Assembly (NCBI GenBank): GCA_051294375.1
Contig: CM119263.1
Location: 26,821,525 to 26,885,524, forward strand
From: Paraspadella gotoi
Lineage: Eukaryota > Animalia > Chaetognatha
DNA length: 64,000 nucleotides
Direction of reading: 5' to 3'
Shown here in pieces: positions 58,028-64,000 of this stretch. Within the stretch, counting starts at the first letter, position 1. Each line of letters begins with the position of its first letter. Both the position numbers and the translations under genes were made by a program. Under the pieces are notes generated by a model. It was given only the letters and a program-made list of their open reading frames with translations. It did not search any database and was not told the DNA's origin.

Positions 58028-59783
58028 CAGGGTAGTGAATCAAAACTGAGAATAGTATTTACCATCAGATTTTATAGGCAAAAAGTTATTGATTGTCTTT
58101 TTATAATACACTAAAATAATCAATGATGTTTTCTCTTTCTGATATAGGTTTTATTTTCCTCATGCTTAGACAATGCACTGCGCTACTAAAAATAATGCAA
58201 CATTGGTTGAATTTGCTCTGCGCCGGTTTAGAGCTTAAAACCACTACTAAATATGTTAATGTTCCCTAGCTGTATGTTATATTATTAAGAAGGCTGTTAA
58301 GAATAGGAATAATTACTATTCTAAGTGCTCAAGCCCGAGTCGATTAGGGCCATTTATAAGGATGCTACAGGTAGCAATTGTAGCATACTCAAAACCAATA
58401 ATATGTACGGCGTACATTGTACGCAAGTAGCTCATTTCTATGCCAAAAGAAAAATTCTAAAGAGAGCAAATGAAGAACTCCATTTAGAAATATCTACTAG
58501 GACATTTTACCTTTACTATCCTATGAGCTTATGAAATCAATAACTGATGTAGTTGGGACTCTATAAAATATCAAGTAAATCGCTTAATGCAATCTACTGC
58601 AGCATCAGTTGAAAGATAAATACTTCCTTATATTTTTGCTACTGGGCAAAAATTCATTGCTGCAGTCTATTATATTGTTCTGAGATTCCATTTCTTGACA
58701 TGTATAAAGAGCCAATACTCTTGGGGTTATTATACATGGCTGTAACAAAGGGCATTGTTGTATACAGCCGAAAAAAATAAAGATTTCAGCTGCAGCAATA
58801 TTTTCATTTTTGACCAAATGATTTTCCGGCCTGATAATATCCACATCTAATTCCTCTAAACTGTGCTAAGAAGGGCGTTTTAAAGGGTGACCCAAATGAC
58901 TTTCAACCAAAATATCAATAGCATAGCCATAGCCGATGAAATTTAAATGCTAATGTATACAGCGTTAAAATAATCTATCATGACCATAGATTATGGTATT
59001 AAAATATTTTTTGTCAAAATTGCTTTCTTCTGAGGGTACTCGCCTAATTAAAAATATATATATTACTATATTGAGCAAAAAATATTTTTTTAAAATCTTA
59101 AAATTTTTTGATGGATTCTGATAGAGCATAAAAAGTTAAACAAGAAATATAATTACAGCTTTTAAAAATTCATACGTTTTCTAAGTGAAAATATAAAAAA
59201 ACTGATAAAATCATCGAAAGATGATGATGATGATGATTTTTTACAGTTTTTCTTATTTTTGACACACTTATCGTAAAAATATTTAAAAAAGAATCATACT
59301 TTGTGTAGACAACTTTTTATGAGCTATCTGAATCTGGTCTTAAAATTTCAAAATTCAAAAAAAAATTTTTGGCCTTTCCTATCTATAAATAAATATTAAA
59401 AAATTAATTACTAGGGTATAGAGCCATATTAGAAATTTTTGGTCCATTGAAAGTATTCTTAAAATGTCTAAATATTCGTTTGAGCATGTACTCACTCAAA
59501 ATTTTTGACTTCACCCCATTGAGTGCGGCTACCCCTAGCATAAGGTAAACCGTCTACGAGCTGTGGCTTAATCTGTCAGAGGCGTTTATGAAGAACAGCA
59601 GTGATTCTTTTAGGTGTTGTTGCAGGAGTGATTTTTGCAGCAGTGCTTGTCGCATTGCATTAATAGTTAGAACAAGGTATTGTTAAATATCTTAAATTAA
59701 TTTTTTTTCCTTAAATGTATCCGATGTGTCACAAAAAAAAGATGTAGTGATACGGATTTTCTAAGTTTTGAATCACGACCCTG
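58028..59783. mobile_element. Non-autonomous Tc1/mariner-like DNA transposon (mirrored at about 61176-62931)
   Basis: Imperfect terminal inverted repeats of about 25 bp: CAGGGTAGTGAATCAAAACTGAGAA and TTCTAAGTTTTGAATCACGACCCTG. TA on the left flank and CA on the right. No transposase ORF. Confidence 0.6.
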
Positions 59784-60059
59784 CATATATCATTTTTTTT
59801 CATGCCTCATCATTTTATAAAATTAATAAATTAAATTAATGAATTAATTGATAAATAAATTGATTGATTAAATTATTAATTAATTAATTATTGATTAATT
59901 AATTAACTAATTGATTAATTCACTGATTAATTATTTGAATAATTAATACATCTTACATTTACAATAAATATAACAAGTTTGAGCAAACAATGTCGGATCT
60001 GCCTANNNNNNNNNNNNNNNNNNNNNNNNNATGAAAAAAAAAAAAATATAATTTACTAT

Positions 60060-60850
60060 TTGAACACCAATTTCTCATGTGTGGATGGGGCGATTGACCT
60101 GGAATTTTGTATGTGAGTAGGAAAAGTGTGTGATTGAACAGGAAAACAAGTTTTCGATGGAATCGTTGAAGGAAATGAGTTTAAATGGAAAAAAACAAAA
60201 AAACCTGTTCACTAATTGATTATGATTTTTTTTTTCTTTAATATTAAATGTATATGCAGGATGTATTAATAAATCAAATAATTAATCAGTTAATTAATCA
60301 ATTAGTCAATTAATTAATCACTAATTAATTATCAGTCAATCAATCCATCCATCCGTCCCACCTTAGCAAAAAGCCCCAATAACTCGTGATTGGTGGTTGG
60401 ATCGGAATGAAATTTTGTGTATGGGTAGAAACATGTGTGATGAAGCTGGATATAAAGTTTCGACGGAATCGTGTGAATGGATATGAGTTTAAATAGAAAA
60501 AACATAAGTCGCATTTACTAAAATCTTTTTACTTATTTTAACCAATAAATACTCTTAATTAATCATAATTGGATGGATAGATTGAGTTCAAATTTTGTGT
60601 GTGGGGTAGGAAAATGTGTGACAAAGCTTGATATAAAGTTTTGGTACGAGTGGAAATGAGTTTAAATGAAAAAAAATATGAGTCACATTTACTTGAATCT
60701 TTTTACTTATTTTAACCCATAATAGATTGAGATGAAATTTTGTGAGCGGGAAGGAAAGTTTGTGAAGAAGCTAGATATAAAGTTTTGACGGAATTGTGGC
60801 CAGTGGAAATGAGTTTAAATGGAAAAAATAAGTCACATTTACTTTATTTT
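60060..60850 (+). repeat. Tandem units of the same DINE-1-like family
   Basis: At least four copies of the aaattttgtgt...gaaatgagtttaaat unit. Confidence 0.6.
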
Positions 60851-63800
60851 AAGGATATCGATGATGAAAAACTATATATTAAATTTATAATTAATTTATA
60901 AATATTAATAATTAATTAATTAATTAATCGATTAATTAATTAATTATATTTTCGTAGGCAGATCCGACATTGTTTGCTCAAACTTGTTATATTTATTGTA
61001 AATGTAAGATGTATTAATTATTCAAATAATTAATCAGTGAATTAATAAATTAGTTAATTAATTAATCAATAATTATATAATTAATAATTTAATCAATCAA
61101 TTATTTATCAATTAATTCATTAATTTAATTTATTAATTTTATAAAATGATGAGGCATGAAAAAAAATGATATATGCAGGGTCGTGATTCAAAACTTAGAA
61201 AATCCGTATCACTACATCTTTTTTTTTGTGACACATCGGATACATTTAAGGAAAAAAAATTAATTTAAGATATTTAACAATACCTTGTTTCTAACTATTA
61301 ATGCAATGCGACAAGCACTGCTGCAAAAATCACTCCTGCAACAACACCTAAAAGAATCACTGCTGTTTTCATAAACGCCTCTGACAGATTAAGCCACAGC
61401 TCGTAGACGGTTTACCTTATGCTAGGGGTAGCCGCACTCAATGGGGTGAGTCAAAAATTTTGAGTGAGTACATGCTCAAACGAATATTTAGACATTTTTA
61501 AGAATACTTTCAATGGACCAAAAATTTCTAATTATGGTCTATCCCCTAGTAATTAATTTTTTAATATTTATTTATAGATAGGAAAGGCCAAAATTTTTTT
61601 TGAATTTTGAAATTTTAAGACCAGATTCAGATAGCTCATAAAAAGTTGTCTACACAAAGTATGATTCTTTTTTAAATATTTTTACGATAAGTGTGTCAAA
61701 AATAAGAAAAACTGTAAAAAATCATCATCATCATCATCTTTCGATGATTTTTATCAGTTTTTTTAATTTTTCACTTAGAAAACGTATGAATTTTTAAAAG
61801 CTGTAATTATATTCTTGTTTAACTTTTTATGCTCTATCGAATCCATCAAAAAATTTTTAAGATTTTAAAAAAAATATTTTTTGCTCAATATAGTAATATA
61901 TATTTTAATTAGGCGAGTACCCTCAGAAGAAAGCATTTTTGCAAAAAATATTTTATACCATAATCTATGGTCATGATAGATTATTTTAACGCTGTAATAC
62001 ATTAGCATTTTAAATTTCATCGGCTATGGCTATGCTATTGATATTTTGGTTGAAAGTCATTTGGGTCACCCTTTAAAACGCCTTCTTTAGCACAGTTTAG
62101 AGGAATTAGATGTGGATATTATCAGGCCGGAAAATCATTTGGTCAAAAATGAAAATATTGCTGCAGCTGAAATCTTTATTTTTTTCGGCTGTATATCAAC
62201 AATGCCCTTTGTTACAGCCATGTATAATAACCCCAAGAGTATTGGCTCTTTATACATGTCAAGAAATGGAATCTCAGAACAATATAATAGACTGCAGCAA
62301 TGAATTTTGCCCAGTAGCAAAAATAAAGGAAGTATTTATCTTTCAACTGATGCTGCAGTAGATTGCATTAAGGCGATTTACTTGATATTTTATAGAGTCC
62401 CAACTACATCAGTTATTGATTTCATAAGCTCATAGGATAGTAAAGTAAAATGTCCTAGTAGATATTTCTAAATGGAGTTCTTCATTTGCTCTCTTTTAGA
62501 ATTTTTCTTTTTGGCATAGAAATGAGCTACTTGCGTACAATGTACGCCGTACATATTATTGGTTTTGAGTATGCTACAATTGCTACCTGTAGCATCCTTA
62601 TAAATGGCCCTAATCGACTCGGGCTTGAGCACTTAGAATAGTAATTATTCCTATTCTTAACAGCCTTCTTAATAATATAACATACAGCTAGGGAACATTA
62701 AACATATTTAGTAGTGTTTTAAGCTCTAAACCGGCGCAGAGCAAATTCAACCAAATGTTGCATTATTTTTAGTAGCGCAGTGAATTGTCTAAGCATGAGG
62801 AAAATAAAACCTATATCAGAAAGAGAAAACATCATTGATTATTTTAGTGTATTATAAAAAGAAATCAATAACTTTTTGCCTATAAAATCTGATGGTAAAT
62901 AACTATTCTCAGTTTTTGATTCACTACCCTGTATATTTGGAGCAGGTGATTGCAGCACTTTCAAAGGCTTCCATCACCATCTAATTATGGATGAAAAGAG
63001 AGTCAATTAAAGAATGCTCAAGTTTGACAACCACTTTTGGATGATTCAAGGAGAAGCAAGCAAAGAAGTTTCATGATTGTAAAAATGTGGTTGTCGAGCC
63101 CCATGTACCCGTTGTAAGTGTGCTAATACAAACTTAAGGTGCACTTCTTTTGTGCACATCTACTTTTGTGATAATAAATATTTGTTAGGAGGCCAATCCT
63201 AAATTTCTATAAAAAACTTTTTAAAATATTTTTTGAGTCTTATTGCATGTATCGAGATTATTATTTAGTAAAATAAATTTGGAAATATTTTTTTAACTAC
63301 GACGAATATTTTGTCATAATCTGTAATAACACATATAATCTTATGATTAAAAATTTGCTTCATGGTTCGATGATCTTTACTGTCATTCAAATGATTATTA
63401 ATACATTTATATTTATTACCATTTTTAATTCATTTTAAATTTTCTAAAAATTTTTGTAATTTTAATAGTCATTAGTTAATTATTAATTAATTTTGTGCTA
63501 CTATTTATTTTTAACTTGAACAAAATGCTTATGATTTATTTTTTGAGAATCTTGATGGTTTTCATCAAAGCTTGCTTGGTCCTGCCATATTTCTATCTTA
63601 TAGAATAGATGCTTTAACTTACAATACCTTTTTTAAAATCGGTAAGCAGAATAGTAAAGATTAATCAATAAATAATTTGCATATTTGTTATATAAATTTC
63701 ATATATAATTTGTTCTTCATAATTGATGGTAATACATAATATAATTTTTTCCTCATCTAGTACTGATAGGTGTAGTCATTCCTTGATATATTTAAAGACA

Positions 63801-64000
63801 TAATCTGCAAAACCTTGTGCCACCTTCTGTAAATGCTTGATTTTTTTGAATAAATTGTATTATCCAAACAATTTTTAACATGTTACACATTTATATACTA
63901 TTATTATAATATTTACCTCTGAAAACAATTTTTTTTGGATTTAGTCCCAAGTACTCAGAATAAAAACAATTATTTTGATTTAGTCCCAAGTACTTTGAGA

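Larger units (their letters stand above)
56964..64000. repeat. Inverted duplication of about 3 kb (56964-60005 vs 60955-64000)
   Basis: The arms are reverse complements differing mainly by homopolymer indels, and the left arm ends at a 25-N gap. Confidence 0.92.

Overview
AT-rich, microsatellite-dense genomic DNA from an invertebrate animal (species not identifiable from the sequence). It comes from a gappy draft assembly, with many N runs and stretches that look like uncorrected long reads. The main gene is a + strand LAR-family (type IIa) receptor protein tyrosine phosphatase. I can place 21 exons between 9073 and 41425, covering FN3 repeats, the transmembrane helix, a catalytically intact D1 domain and the start of D2. 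A complete 8-exon DUF229 (alkaline phosphatase/sulfatase-superfamily) gene is nested antisense in one of its introns (33789-37460). The most interesting signal is two different families of miniature non-coding LTR retroelements (TRIMs) whose LTRs carry tRNA-like RNA polymerase III promoters: 28888-29613 (-), 56285-56936 (+), plus a solo LTR at 35431-35612. All three insertions have 4-bp target-site duplications, and both full elements have a tRNA-Trp-type primer-binding site and a polypurine tract. Two head-to-head CsRn1-clade Ty3/gypsy elements (43145-48270) have the same primer type and are plausible mobilisers. The rest is Helentron/DINE-like repeats, a Tc1/mariner-like non-autonomous element, minisatellites, and several duplications or fold-backs that are probably assembly artefacts.
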